Numbered from the stretch's first letter, positions 36,187 through 46,931 are shown. The stretch: 64,000 bases of DNA from Gammaproteobacteria bacterium (GCA_963662545.2 CAXXLL010000002.1:1088001-1152000); one strand, 5' to 3'. The notes: a model not told the origin generated them from the sequence alone. Translations and numbers: made by a program.

Positions 36187-37619
36187 TCGAGGCGTGATGT
36201 CAAAGCGGCATCGCTTTCGTCGTCCGACATGAAATCGGAGGTGAAATCCTGGATCTTGCCGCCGCGTCCCGGGGCGATTTGATCCAACTCAACGATTCTA
36301 AGCATGGCCTCATCCGTGTCGTAGGTCTCCGACCACGCTGCGTGGATCCGTTCGGAAAACCCCGGCGGCAACGCCGTCGCGGTGACTACCCGCAATTCAA
36401 AGGATTGATCGCGACACTGGTGCACTTGATAACGGCGAAGGTTTACGAGCAGTGCCGCCGGCAGTGACTGCAAAGTGTCTATCAGTAGTCTGAATCGCGC
36501 CCGCGAATCGGGTGGCAACGATAACCAGCGCCGGTAACGGCCGGTAATCTCGCCGATACTCGGCAGCGTACGCCCACAAGCGCACGGGCCGGCAACGGCC
36601 TCGGCGGTATCATCGGTATCGTAACGAAGTAGCGGCATCGCTGCATTCTGCAGCGCGGTCACGACGATACGCCCGATCGAACCGGGTGCGCAAGGCCGCC
36701 CGTTCTGGTCGACGATTTCGACCACGCAATGTTCGGTATGCACGTGGTATCGCCCTGCTTCGCAACGCCCGGCGACAATGCCGATTTCATTGAGGCCGTA
36801 GCTCTGATGCACCGGGATCCCGAAGCTTGTTTCGATCCGGCGCCGCATCCCGGGCGTCATCTGCGCCGAGATCCCCATGAGTCCTCTGAGACTATCCAAC
36901 GCGACCCCCTCCGGTGCGGCAAAGGCTTGCTCTTCGAGGGTCCCGGGATAGGTGACCAGGTAGTCCGGCCGTTCCTCTCGTAGCCAATCTATCTGTCGCT
37001 CGATTGAGTTGGCACGGCTGAAGGTAATAGATGGCCCGGTTTCGGCTACACGATCGACGTAACGCCAGTGTGGATTGCGCAACGTAACGCCATCGGCAAT
37101 CAGGGATCCGTCAGCCTGCCGGGGCAGTTCCTCGGGTATTCGAATTGCGGCCAGCGTGCCGCGCGGGTCGAAGCGAAACCAGCGGTAGTGGCGTTGTGTC
37201 AGTACGGTAAACATAAAATTGGCGCGCGTCGTCATAAGCACTCGCGCCGGGCGCCCCGTGGTGCCCGATGACTTGAAATAGCCGTAGATCGTCTCTCCCG
37301 GCGGCAGCACCTCTGCCCGTAATTCCGTTTCGTGTTCCAGCAACTCCCATTTGTTCAAGATCGGTAATCCGGGTAGATCGCCTATCCTGCGAAATGCGGC
37401 TGGCTTGAGTGCGTGCTGCTCGAAAAGCCGACGATAATAGGGGACGTGCGTCGCCGCGTATTCGGTGATCGCCGCCAGAGCGGTGTTCACTCGGCGGCAC
37501 TGCTCATCGGCGGGCAAAAATTCGTTAGCGAGGAGATCCTCGAAAAGACTCTGGGATACGCCCTGCGGTTTGATCCGCCAGCGACGTTGCTCATCGCGCT
37601 CTTCGTTCAGGCTGGTCAT
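36183..37619 (-). CDS. Phenylacetate-CoA ligase/F390-synthetase-like adenylate-forming enzyme
   Basis: HVPYYR, LPIL.K, SSGTTGRP, YGLNE, TAL.NAAMPLLRYDTDD, C.CGR, GR. Confidence 0.9.
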   Translation of the reverse strand: MTSLNEERDEQRRWRIKPQGVSQSLFEDLLANEFLPADEQCRRVNTALAAITEYAATHVPYYRRLFEQHALKPAAFRRIGDLPGLPILNKWELLEHETELRAEVLPPGETIYGYFKSSGTTGRPARVLMTTRANFMFTVLTQRHYRWFRFDPRGTLAAIRIPEELPRQADGSLIADGVTLRNPHWRYVDRVAETGPSITFSRANSIERQIDWLREERPDYLVTYPGTLEEQAFAAPEGVALDSLRGLMGISAQMTPGMRRRIETSFGIPVHQSYGLNEIGIVAGRCEAGRYHVHTEHCVVEIVDQNGRPCAPGSIGRIVVTALQNAAMPLLRYDTDDTAEAVAGPCACGRTLPSIGEITGRYRRWLSLPPDSRARFRLLIDTLQSLPAALLVNLRRYQVHQCRDQSFELRVVTATALPPGFSERIHAAWSETYDTDEAMLRIVELDQIAPGRGGKIQDFTSDFMSDDESDAALTSRLE

Positions 37620-37647
37620 CTCATGCGCTCAGTAATGCAATATTTAA

Positions 37648-37809
37648 GGAACCTCTGAAAAAGTCGTGGCACATCTGCCTTGCCCATGAAATCGCGCAGC
37701 TCCGCGTTACGAAGCTTGTCAATAGTCCCCGCTATTGCCTGCGCTTCGTGCCTTGATCTGCACAATTTCATGAACAATTCAGACGCACTATGACTTATTC
37801 AGAGGTTCC
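37648..37809. mobile_element. MITE family A copy 2
   Basis: GGAACCTCTGAA...TTCAGAGGTTCC, 162 bp, TTAA TSD on both sides. Confidence 0.9.
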
Positions 37810-38069
37810 TTAAAGCGAATAATTGATCAAATCGCGCACGCTTGCCTGCCTGTTGATTGCACGGGTAAAGATCATTATTGCGCCCAGATCATCGATACTC
37901 CACTCATTCAGAAAAGTCCGCGTGAAACCAATCAACGGCGCGTTCATCACGGAACTTATAAATTATCCGGGCTGAGCGCCGGCCTCGCAAACGATGGCTG
38001 AACTGCGCGGTTGCGGCCCGACTTAGCAGCCTGTAGGCTGCGAATCGAACTCCAATATGCCGGCAGACG

Positions 38070-39296
38070 ATGACCGGGCCCGCCACCGACAAGAAGCTCA
38101 AGACCCAGCTCCCGGACTTCGAGTCCGATGCCTTCATCAATGATCCATATGCCGATTACCGGCGGTTGCGGGAGCACGATCCGGTGCACGAGAGCCCATG
38201 GGGAGACTGGTATCTGACCCGCCACGCCGACGCGGAATTCGTCCTCAAGGACCCGCGCTTCGTGCGGGAATCGCCGGGTGGGGTCAACCCGCTGGCGGCT
38301 CACACCGGCGAGGCCGCAACGCTCGAAACGGTGATCCACGAATGGCTGGTATTCCGGGATCCGCCCTACCATACCGCGCTGCGTGGCTGGATGAGTCAAT
38401 ATCTGAACCGCGCCAGCTTCGAGGCGATGACGCCGCGCATCGAGGTGATCACCCAAGAACTACTCGATGGCGTCGCGGCGAGCAAGCACATGGAAGTGGT
38501 CGGCGACCTCGCCTATCCGCTACCGGTGATGGTGATCGCCGAGCTGCTCGGCCTGCCCGTTTCCGACCGGCACCTGTACGAGGTTTGGTCGCACCCGATT
38601 ACCCGCGCCCTGGATCGGGGATTGCCGCAGGACATGGCCGCAGCGGAACCGGCGATCACCGAAATGCTTGCCTACCTCGCGCAGATCGTCGCAGAACGCC
38701 GACGGCGTCCCCGTGATGATTTCGTCACGGCGCTCCCTCGCGCGCAGATCGACGGCCGGCCATTGTCCGAGGACGCGGTGCTGGCCACCTTGGTATCGCT
38801 GCTCTGGGCCGGCCACGAGACCACCCGCAACCTCATCGGAAGCGGCCTGATGATACTCCTGCAACACCCCGAGCAATGTGAGCGCCTGCGGCGTAAACCG
38901 GCGCTCATGCGCACGGCGATCGAAGAATTTCTACGCTATGAGAGCCCGGTGCAGAAGATCAGCCGCTGGACGACCCAGACCATTACGATCGGCGCAAAGC
39001 AGGTCCCCGCAGGGTGCTTCGTCGTCTGTCTGCTGGGCGCGGCCAACCGCGATCCACTGGTATTCGCGGATCCGGAGCGCGTGGATATCGAACGGCGCAA
39101 CAACCCGCATCTGGCCTTCGGCCGCGGGATCCATACCTGTATCGGAGCACACCTCGCGCGCCTCGAAGGTCGCATCGTCCTTGCTGCCGTATTGCAACGG
39201 TTTCCGGAGCTGGCGCCAGCACCCCCGGGCGCCGAGTGGCGCCGGCATTCGGCGTTTCGCAGCTTGAAGCATCTCCACGTCACACTGGGGCAATAA
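38070..39296 (+). CDS. Cytochrome P450
   Basis: DPPYH..LR, AGHETT I-helix, EFLR (ExxR), AANRD, FGRGIHTCIG heme ligand. Confidence 0.96.
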   Translation: MTGPATDKKLKTQLPDFESDAFINDPYADYRRLREHDPVHESPWGDWYLTRHADAEFVLKDPRFVRESPGGVNPLAAHTGEAATLETVIHEWLVFRDPPYHTALRGWMSQYLNRASFEAMTPRIEVITQELLDGVAASKHMEVVGDLAYPLPVMVIAELLGLPVSDRHLYEVWSHPITRALDRGLPQDMAAAEPAITEMLAYLAQIVAERRRRPRDDFVTALPRAQIDGRPLSEDAVLATLVSLLWAGHETTRNLIGSGLMILLQHPEQCERLRRKPALMRTAIEEFLRYESPVQKISRWTTQTITIGAKQVPAGCFVVCLLGAANRDPLVFADPERVDIERRNNPHLAFGRGIHTCIGAHLARLEGRIVLAAVLQRFPELAPAPPGAEWRRHSAFRSLKHLHVTLGQ

Positions 39297-39303
39297 GGTT
39301 CGC

Positions 39304-40683
39304 ATGGACACCGCGATCCCGAAGTCGTCGATACCCTTCATCCGCTTTCCCGCCATTCCTGCGGGACCGGCGGCGACCTCGCTGGCGCTCCAGTACCAGC
39401 TCGATCGTTCGCAATGGTGGACGCCAGAGCAATTGCTCACCCAGCAGGGCGGCCAACTCGCGCAACTGTTGCAGCACGCCTGGCGGACCGTCCCTTTCTA
39501 CCGGGAGCAGCTTGCTCAGGTCGGCTATCGCGGCGAAGCGGACGATCCATTCGCTGTTCTGCATGCCCTGCCGATCCTGAGCCGTAGCGTCTTGCAGGAG
39601 GACGTCGATCGGATCCGATCCTCGCAGATACCCGAAAGCCATGGCAACACCCATCCCCTCGAGACCTCCGGCACCACGGGCCGCGCCGTTAAGCTGCTAG
39701 GCACCCAGATTACGAATCTTTTCTGGCGGGCCTTCGCTCTGCGCGAACACATTTGGCACCAACGCGACCTTAGCGCCAAACTCGCTGCCATTCGCTGGGT
39801 AAGCAAGGGCGTTGCGATGCCGCCCGACGGTGTGGTCACGTCCAGCTGGGGCCCGCCGACTGACGCGCTGTTCAGCACTGGACCAGCGGCGCTCTTGAAT
39901 GTGGCCGCCGATACCGAGGCGCAACTACAGTGGCTGCAACGGACCGATCCCGACTACCTTCTGTCTTATCCCTCGCACCTCGCTGCGCTGGCCGAGGAAT
40001 TTCTCAAGCGCGACCTGCGCCTGCCGCGACTGCGTGAAGTCCGCACAGTCGGCGAGACTGTTACCGAGCAGCAACGCGCACTTTGCCACGAGGCTTGGGG
40101 CGTTTCGCTGATCGATGTGTATACCTGTGAAGAAGCGAGCTATCTGGCCCTGCAATGCCCCGAAAGCGGTGAATACCACGTGCAGAACGAAAACATCGTC
40201 CTGGAGATCGTCGATGATCAGGATCGCCCCTGCAAACAAGGCGAAGTCGGCCGCGTCGTGATCACCGCGCTACACAACTTCGCCACGCCCCTGCTGCGCT
40301 ATGACCTCGGGGACTTCGCCGAGTTCGGCGGCCCTTGCCGCTGCGGCCGTGGTTTAGCGGTAATCCGCAGGATCCTCGGTCGGATGCGTAATCGCATCCG
40401 GCTGCCGGACGGCAGCAGCCGTTTTCCGTACCTAGGCGAACGTAAGGAGCGCGAAAGGATCGCGCCCAGCATCCGCCAGTTTCAATACGTGCAAAAAAGC
40501 CTCGAGGAAATCGAATACCGCATTGTGACGCCCGAGCCGCTAACCAGCGATCAGGAACGCCTACTGCGCCAGTTCATTATCGGTAACTTCGGTAAATCGT
40601 TCCGGGTCACGATCACCTACCACCAGGAGATCCCGCGCTCGTCCAATGGTAAGTACGAGGAATTCGTCAGCGAGCTTGGCTAG
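39304..40683 (+). CDS. Phenylacetate-CoA ligase/F390-synthetase-like adenylate-forming enzyme
   Basis: VPFYR, TSGTTG, YTCEE, TALHNFATPLLRYDLGD, C.CGRG, ILGR.RN, NGKY. Confidence 0.9.
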   Translation: MDTAIPKSSIPFIRFPAIPAGPAATSLALQYQLDRSQWWTPEQLLTQQGGQLAQLLQHAWRTVPFYREQLAQVGYRGEADDPFAVLHALPILSRSVLQEDVDRIRSSQIPESHGNTHPLETSGTTGRAVKLLGTQITNLFWRAFALREHIWHQRDLSAKLAAIRWVSKGVAMPPDGVVTSSWGPPTDALFSTGPAALLNVAADTEAQLQWLQRTDPDYLLSYPSHLAALAEEFLKRDLRLPRLREVRTVGETVTEQQRALCHEAWGVSLIDVYTCEEASYLALQCPESGEYHVQNENIVLEIVDDQDRPCKQGEVGRVVITALHNFATPLLRYDLGDFAEFGGPCRCGRGLAVIRRILGRMRNRIRLPDGSSRFPYLGERKERERIAPSIRQFQYVQKSLEEIEYRIVTPEPLTSDQERLLRQFIIGNFGKSFRVTITYHQEIPRSSNGKYEEFVSELG

Positions 40684-40733
40684 GCATTGTGCGCACATAG
40701 TTTCCGGCCAAAGGCGATTCCGTGGACAGAAGT

Positions 40734-41417
40734 TCAAAGTTGCCGTACCACCAGGGCCGCGTAATTGAGGCTCGCGAGATCCGGAAAGTAGTCGGGGCGT
40801 ACGTGGTTTTTATCCGGCACGACGAAGCCGATTTCATCGTACATTGATAACAGGGGGTCGAGCGGGTGACTACCCCTGCGCAAAAACGCATAGTCTTCGG
40901 CCGATACCCCGGCGTGTTTCTCCCGATATTTTGCATAACCCGGGATCACCGCACCGGCGATTACAAAGCGCAAACCGAGCGATCGCGCCAATTCCACTTC
41001 AGTATTGATCATACGTTCGAAGATATCCCCGCCCCGCGCGTCCTTGGCGATCACCCCGGAGACGATGTACAGCGCGTTGTAGTCCTCGAGCGCCCCGACA
41101 TCGTCCAGATAGCCCCTATTGGTCGCTCTATCCCAACTGCCGAAAAGCGCCAGATCCATCGGGTCATAGCAACGCGGACAGGCGGTAATCGTGGCAACCA
41201 GGCGGTCGTCCCGCTCGGTGACATAAAACCCTTGCGGAAACTTTTCCAGCCGGGCTAAAAAAATATCCGCAGTAGCGCGACCGCCCTCAGGCCAGCTTTT
41301 CTCTACGTCCATTATTCCCGCGAGGTCGGACAATGCGGCGTTTCGAATTACATCCACCGTGGTAAGCGCCCTGTATTCGGAAGGTTTAATGCCGCCAGGA
41401 TCCGCGCGGGGCGGCAA
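40734..41417 (-). CDS. GNAT-fold acyltransferase-like protein
   Basis: IRNA...DL..I..VE...WP, RLEKFPQGF, ARG, IPGY, DP.L..Y...GF, YF.D..S.NYA. Confidence 0.75.
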   Translation of the reverse strand: MPPRADPGGIKPSEYRALTTVDVIRNAALSDLAGIMDVEKSWPEGGRATADIFLARLEKFPQGFYVTERDDRLVATITACPRCYDPMDLALFGSWDRATNRGYLDDVGALEDYNALYIVSGVIAKDARGGDIFERMINTEVELARSLGLRFVIAGAVIPGYAKYREKHAGVSAEDYAFLRRGSHPLDPLLSMYDEIGFVVPDKNHVRPDYFPDLASLNYAALVVRQL

Positions 41418-41803
41418 AACCGGATCGACCCAATCAGTGTCACTAGTACGCTGCTATCGAACGCCAATAGATTCTAGAAGTGGGCAATCACCTCGGCAAG
41501 GTGGTGTTCGTACTCCTGTAACTAGTCTAGCCCGAAACCGTTTCCAGCTAGCCCACCGAAGATGCCGGTCAGCATAAGGGAAGGATAACCGTCCGTTTTC
41601 GCGTAATCGAGTATTCATGGCTTCGATTGGGGCGCACTAAGAGCGAACCGTGGGCCGTGACATTGGTCGCATTCTGCTCGCACGCGGCGTATTTGCATCC
41701 TCCGCCCACCGAAGATGCCTTTTTGGCCAGTCGCTCGTCAAGACAAAAAGGACCATGAGGCATAATGGGTATACTGCCCCGGGAATCCCCAGGGAGCGAT
41801 CCA

Positions 41804-42256
41804 TTGGCATTTGAAATTCTACCTTGGCACTGGGTCGTATTTGGTTTCGCTGTAATGGTGAGCGAAATGTTCCTGGCGACTTTCTTTATTCTATGGTTCG
41901 GCGCGGCCGCTGTGGTGGTCGGTATCGTGTTATTTCTAATGCCGGGCCTTTCCATGACCTGGCAGGTTTTGTTATGGACGATCTTGTCGTCGGCCCTGGC
42001 CTTGGGATGGTTTAAATATCTAAAACCTTTGTCGATCGATAAAACCAAAGCCGGCCTCTCAAAAGAAGCCATTACCGGAGAAATCGGGCAGGTGATGATC
42101 GTTCCAACTGCGGAAAAGCGCGGTAAACTGCGCTTTCCGGCTCCAGTATTAGGTGCAGACGAGTGGATCATTATTTCAACCGATGAACTGTCGGTGGGTG
42201 ACAGAGTCACTGTGGTGGATGTATCCGGTAACTCTCTAATCGTCAAAAAGACTTAG
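41804..42256 (+). CDS. NfeD-family membrane protein (SPFH partner)
   Basis: WHW..FG.....EM....FFILWFG, C-terminal OB fold G..EW....L.VGD.V.V....GN.L.V. TTG start with GGGAG RBS. Confidence 0.88.
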   Translation: MAFEILPWHWVVFGFAVMVSEMFLATFFILWFGAAAVVVGIVLFLMPGLSMTWQVLLWTILSSALALGWFKYLKPLSIDKTKAGLSKEAITGEIGQVMIVPTAEKRGKLRFPAPVLGADEWIIISTDELSVGDRVTVVDVSGNSLIVKKT

Positions 42257-42306
42257 CTAAAACACTTCAGGCTGGAAAAATTTTTCTATTTAGACGGAGC
42301 AGGAAT

Positions 42307-43155
42307 ATGGGTGCAGGATTATTCATAACGCTGGCGATTTTTGTTTTTGTTGTCATCACTGCACTCAAAGGCGTACGCCAGGTTCCGCAGGGCTTCAAGT
42401 GGGTTGTACAGCGACTTGGAAAATATGATGGTTCGTTGAATCCGGGACTAAATTTTATTATTCCCTACGTTGATATCGTGGCTTACAAAGTAACCACCAA
42501 GGATATCGTGCTGGATATTCCCTCACAGGAAGTGATCACCAAAGACAACGCGATTCTCATCACCAATGCAGTAGCTTACATCAATATTATTTCCCCGGAA
42601 AAAGCTGTTTACGGTGTCGAAGATTACGTTATCGCTATTCAAACCCTGGTACAAACTTCTCTGCGCTCCATAGTGGGTGAAATGACCTTGGACGCTGCGC
42701 TTTCCTCGCGTGAACATATCAAGGCGAAATTGAAGGCTGCAATTTCCGATGACATTGCGGACTGGGGCATCACATTAAAAACCGTAGAGATCCAGGACGT
42801 TAATCCATCCCCCACCATGCAGGCGGCGATGGAAGAACAGGCTGCTGCAGAGCGCGCCCGTCGCGCTACCGTAACCCGGGCCGATGGTGATAAGCAGGCT
42901 ACCATTCTCGAAGCGGAAGGTAATCTCGAAGCCTCCAAACGCGCAGCAGAGGCCCAGGTGATATTGGCCAAGGCCAGCCAACGCGCAATACAACTGGTGA
43001 CCGAGGCGATTGGTGAAAAGGAAATGCCTGTGGTTTATTTACTCGGCGAGAAATACATTAACTCTATCGAGGCCTTGTCCATCTCTGACAACGCTAAATC
43101 GGTTATTTTCCCCGCCGATATTCCAGGCGCCATACGAGGCATGATGGGCAAATAA
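42307..43155 (+). CDS. SPFH/band-7 (stomatin-like, QmcA-type) protein
   Basis: VPQG..WVVQRLGKY, PGLNFIIPY.D, QEVITKDN, LRSIVG, Q..AER.RRA. Confidence 0.93.
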   Translation: MGAGLFITLAIFVFVVITALKGVRQVPQGFKWVVQRLGKYDGSLNPGLNFIIPYVDIVAYKVTTKDIVLDIPSQEVITKDNAILITNAVAYINIISPEKAVYGVEDYVIAIQTLVQTSLRSIVGEMTLDAALSSREHIKAKLKAAISDDIADWGITLKTVEIQDVNPSPTMQAAMEEQAAAERARRATVTRADGDKQATILEAEGNLEASKRAAEAQVILAKASQRAIQLVTEAIGEKEMPVVYLLGEKYINSIEALSISDNAKSVIFPADIPGAIRGMMGK

Positions 43156-43242
43156 TCGCGCGACAGCGCTGGCTCCGCTCGCCTCAATCCAGACGTTTAG
43201 TCTCTAGCACGCGCGGGGCGTGCCACGCGCCGATCCGCTACG

Positions 43243-44025
43243 ATGCAGCCTCTGATGAAGGACTCCCGAACACAAGCAGAAATCGCCCATCCAGCGCCCT
43301 CGGAGCCGGCCGCCCCTGCGCCTGCGAGCGGTCGCATCGAGCGTTTCTCCTCACCGGAAGGACGCGTGTTTCTAATCGGTGCCGTTTTGGGACTGTTCTA
43401 CCTGGTGTGGCTCGGGGCGTCATACTTCATCGATCGCGAAAACTTCCACGTCTACATCGGCATGACAGTGGCACACCTGTTCTTCGGACGTGCCGCCGGT
43501 ATGACCTTCGGCTATGCGCTGGATTACGGCCATGCCGTCGTCGTGCCGGTAAATCTCGCGATCGAGACCGTTATGATCATGCTGCTCTACCCGCTGTTCG
43601 TGTTCAGCGTGCGCAAGCTGCTCGTTATCAACGTGCTCAAAAGCTTCATGGACCGATTACAGGAGACGGCGGCGGCGAACCAGGAAAAAATTCGCCGTTA
43701 TGGCACGCCCGGGCTATTCGTCTTCGTGTTCATCCCCTTCTGGATGACGGGGCCGATCATTGGGTCCATCATCGGCTACCTGCTGGGGCTGCGCACCTGG
43801 GTGATCATGAGCGTGGTGATCGGCGGCACTTACGTCGCGACCGGCGTGTGGGCGTTCATCCTGGTGGAGCTTCGCGATCGAATGTCGACGTTCACGCCCT
43901 ACGCACCGCTGCTGCTCATCGGGGTCGTGATTCTGATCGTCGTCGCGGGCCGCGTGCTCGAACGCTCGGCGCGCAACGGCCGCGTCGCGGGGAAACTCGA
44001 TCAGCGCGAATCAGATCGTCTGTAA
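43243..44025 (+). CDS. Small multi-drug export-like membrane protein (COG2426-like)
   Basis: RYG..GLFVFVFIPFWMTGP..G...GYLLGL; multiple TM segments. Confidence 0.75.
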   Translation: MQPLMKDSRTQAEIAHPAPSEPAAPAPASGRIERFSSPEGRVFLIGAVLGLFYLVWLGASYFIDRENFHVYIGMTVAHLFFGRAAGMTFGYALDYGHAVVVPVNLAIETVMIMLLYPLFVFSVRKLLVINVLKSFMDRLQETAAANQEKIRRYGTPGLFVFVFIPFWMTGPIIGSIIGYLLGLRTWVIMSVVIGGTYVATGVWAFILVELRDRMSTFTPYAPLLLIGVVILIVVAGRVLERSARNGRVAGKLDQRESDRL

Positions 44026-44121
44026 GGAAAAAATTACGCGCGAGATCCCATTTGTTCGAAATCACCTATGACCCTTTCGAAAGCAGCCGTACGAAGTGCG
44101 GTTTCTATCCGTCGCGTATCC

Positions 44122-44337
44122 TCAGCTACTCGCTTCGTATTTGAATGAAACCTTCACCTTGGCACGGTACTCTTCAACTTTTCCATCCTTGATCAGCATA
44201 TCGAGTTCCGCTACCTCAGCAATCCTGAGGTCCCGTAAACTTTCTCCAGCTCGTGAGATAGCCGCCGCCGCCGCCTTTTCCCAGGACTCGTTGCTGGTTC
44301 CTACTAGCTCAATGATTTTATAAACGCTTTCTGCCAT
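44122..44337 (-). CDS. Dodecin-family flavin-binding protein
   Basis: SVYKIIELVGTS..SWE.AA..A...A..SLRDLR, YR.KVKVSFK. Confidence 0.93.
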   Translation of the reverse strand: MAESVYKIIELVGTSNESWEKAAAAAISRAGESLRDLRIAEVAELDMLIKDGKVEEYRAKVKVSFKYEASS

Positions 44338-44624
44338 TTTTATCTCCTACAGGGCCATACCAGGCCGCCTTTTTTCAAGCTTATTGTAATACCTCCGTCG
44401 TCCGAATGTGCTGATTGCGCAGATACCTGTTCTAGGAGTCTTAGCGGATTATCAATAGCTTGATTACGCTGTGAGAATTAGGGAATTGCGGCGACCTTAA
44501 ACGACATTCGCCGGGGCGTTTACACACGCGGTCGTTCCAGCCGGCATCCATTGCGGCTTCCAAAATGCGTATACTGTCGACGAATATCTTGAACGTCTGC
44601 TGCATTTCGGTTCGATTTTCGCGA

Positions 44625-45023
44625 ATGCCTTCGAAGACACTAAGCACTGCCTGCCTGGGAATCACTCTGGCGCTGACCACGCCCATGGTAATGGGTGAAT
44701 TGCTGCATCTGGGGGACCGGCATTTTACCTGTAAGAAGGGCGAGTTGCGGCTGCACGGAGACAGAGGCAGCAAACGGTATCCCGCCGGCAAGCGAGAGAA
44801 AATCAGGATCCCGACGAAGATTGGGATCCTGTCATACACCTGTCGTTACATTCGCAGCATCGTTAGCTGTCCCGTCGATACGACGGTCGTGACCGTGAAG
44901 CGCGGTACCTATCAAGGGCGATTCGACGTGGAGTGCCTGGGCGTGCCCAAGGTTCTTCCATACGGGTTCGGTGCGGAAAGCACTGTGGCCCCGCCGGAGG
45001 ATTCCAGCGGGCCGGAGCCCTGA
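44625..45023 (+). CDS. Hypothetical secreted Cys-containing protein
   Basis: Signal-like N-terminus and four mature-region Cys; fills a gap between genes. No family recognised. Confidence 0.5.
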   Translation: MPSKTLSTACLGITLALTTPMVMGELLHLGDRHFTCKKGELRLHGDRGSKRYPAGKREKIRIPTKIGILSYTCRYIRSIVSCPVDTTVVTVKRGTYQGRFDVECLGVPKVLPYGFGAESTVAPPEDSSGPEP

Positions 45024-45239
45024 GCTCGTGGTTACGGTTCGTTCAGCAAAGTGCGGCCTGTCGTTTTGAGGCTGCGAATAATACGCACCGAATATGTGTT
45101 TCAGCGGGCACGTATTTGTTGGTGGGGATCGGCCGCGACCGGTTGTGCAAGCTGATACGGAACTCGTGGTAAAACCGCCAAATGAAGACCCGAACCCAGT
45201 ACTCGCATGTGGCTAATCTGACGATAGAATACAGCCAGC

Positions 45240-46241
45240 GTGACCCTACTTAGTGTGCCTCTCATCGATATTTCCGCGTTCGATTCGCCCGACGAACCCA
45301 CGCGCCGAGCGCTCGTGGCGCGTGTCGCGGCGGCCTGCCGCGATATCGGTTTCCTCACCATCACGGACACCGGGGTTTCAGCCGATTCCATCGCCGCGGT
45401 AATCACTGAATGCCGGCGCTTTTTCGACCTCGACCTCGCCTTTAAGCTCGCCGCCGGCCGGCCTCAGCCGGACCACATTCGCGGGTACAGCGGCATGGGC
45501 ACCGAGGCGCTTTCCCAACTCGACAATGAAGCGGCACCGCCGGACCTTAAGGAGTTGTTCGATGTCGGGCCCTTCGATCTCCCGTGCGACGACGCCTACT
45601 ACGCGCTTGAAAACGCGGGCGCCAGCTTTGCATCGAACGTGTGGCCCGAAAAATCGCCCGGGCTACGCCCGGCGATGTGCGAATATTTCACGTCCATGGA
45701 CGCTTTGGCACACAGGATGACGCACATCTTCGCAGCGGCGCTCGATTTGACCGAGGACTATTTCGACGACAAGACGGATCGCCACATCAGCATTCTCCGT
45801 GCCAATTATTACCCGAAGCAGACGACGCCGCCGCTGCCAAAGCAGTTACGCGGCGGTGGCCATACCGATTACACCGCCTTCACGATCCTCTGGCAGGAGA
45901 CCGTGGTCGGCGGCGGTTTGCAGGTTCGCAACATGAATGGCGACTGGGTGGACGTTCCGGCGGTCCCGGACTCTTTCGTCGTCAACATCGGCGATTCCCT
46001 CGCGAGGTGGACGAACGACACCTGGGTATCGACCATGCACCGCGTCGTGAATCCGCCGCCCGATATCGCGGCGGAGGTCGACCGTCTGTCCCTCGTATTC
46101 TTCTTTCAACCGAATTATGACGCCGTCATCGAATGCATCTCTACCTGCCAGGGGCCGGACCGTCCGGCCAAATATGCGCCCGTTACCAACGGCGCGTTCC
46201 TGGCGGAGAAGTTCGCCGAGCAGCAAATCGCGAACGCATAG
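45240..46241 (+). CDS. Isopenicillin N synthase-like Fe(II)/2OG dioxygenase
   Basis: VP.ID, ACRDIGF, HTD, GLQV, VNIGD..ARWTN, STMHRV, R.S..FF. Confidence 0.92.
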   Translation: MTLLSVPLIDISAFDSPDEPTRRALVARVAAACRDIGFLTITDTGVSADSIAAVITECRRFFDLDLAFKLAAGRPQPDHIRGYSGMGTEALSQLDNEAAPPDLKELFDVGPFDLPCDDAYYALENAGASFASNVWPEKSPGLRPAMCEYFTSMDALAHRMTHIFAAALDLTEDYFDDKTDRHISILRANYYPKQTTPPLPKQLRGGGHTDYTAFTILWQETVVGGGLQVRNMNGDWVDVPAVPDSFVVNIGDSLARWTNDTWVSTMHRVVNPPPDIAAEVDRLSLVFFFQPNYDAVIECISTCQGPDRPAKYAPVTNGAFLAEKFAEQQIANA

Positions 46242-46489
46242 GCGGGCAGCCGCACGTCGCAAGGTTGCGGAATAGCCGGTCTTTCCGTTTCCAACCCATG
46301 CCGGCGCTTCGCGTTAAGCCGAAAGAAACTCACCGAAGCGGGTTTCAGTCTCACTCAGCGATCCCCAGTCCCAGGCAAAGCTTTCCGCTATAGGTACGAT
46401 ACGCGAAATTCCGTGAAGCCGGCTCGAATGCCGGACTCGCTATAATTCGTGACGATGCACGGGGTGTTGCATCGTGCAAAAGCCTATCC

Positions 46490-46855
46490 ATGCAAAGGTT
46501 GACGCGTATGAATCAAGCAGGTACCCGACCCTGGGAAACCGAATATTCGATAGAGGCGACTGAGATCATCGCTGAAACGCAAGAATTGAGGGTGCTGCAA
46601 ATCACACTCGCACCTGGGCAGTGCATCCCGTGGCATTACCACTCGGCAATCGTCGATCAGTTCTTCTGTCTTGAAGGCGACTTGAATGTTGAAACGCGGG
46701 CACCTAAGGGTGTTCACACCCTGGCGCCCGGCGGCGAGTATGCAGTGCCAGCACGCGCGGCCCATCGGGTTATGAACGATGGATCGTCGCGGTGCCGGTT
46801 CGTTCTCGTTCAGGGTGTGGGGGCTTACGATTATTGCGCGCTACCGGAGGCCTGA
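46490..46855 (+). CDS. Cupin-domain protein
   Basis: LAPG..IPWHYH...D.FFCLEG, VP....H.V.N. Confidence 0.85.
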   Translation: MQRLTRMNQAGTRPWETEYSIEATEIIAETQELRVLQITLAPGQCIPWHYHSAIVDQFFCLEGDLNVETRAPKGVHTLAPGGEYAVPARAAHRVMNDGSSRCRFVLVQGVGAYDYCALPEA

Positions 46856-46931
46856 TGACAAGCTTATGTTCGCCCGCAAACGCGTTCCTACTGCATCGGC
46901 GGCGTAAGAAGCCTGCTTGCTGGCTACTCAT

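Noticed and set aside
36183-40683. Calling the ligases paaK (phenylacetate catabolism)
   Set aside because: No other paa genes nearby and the sequences are divergent, so no symbol was assigned.
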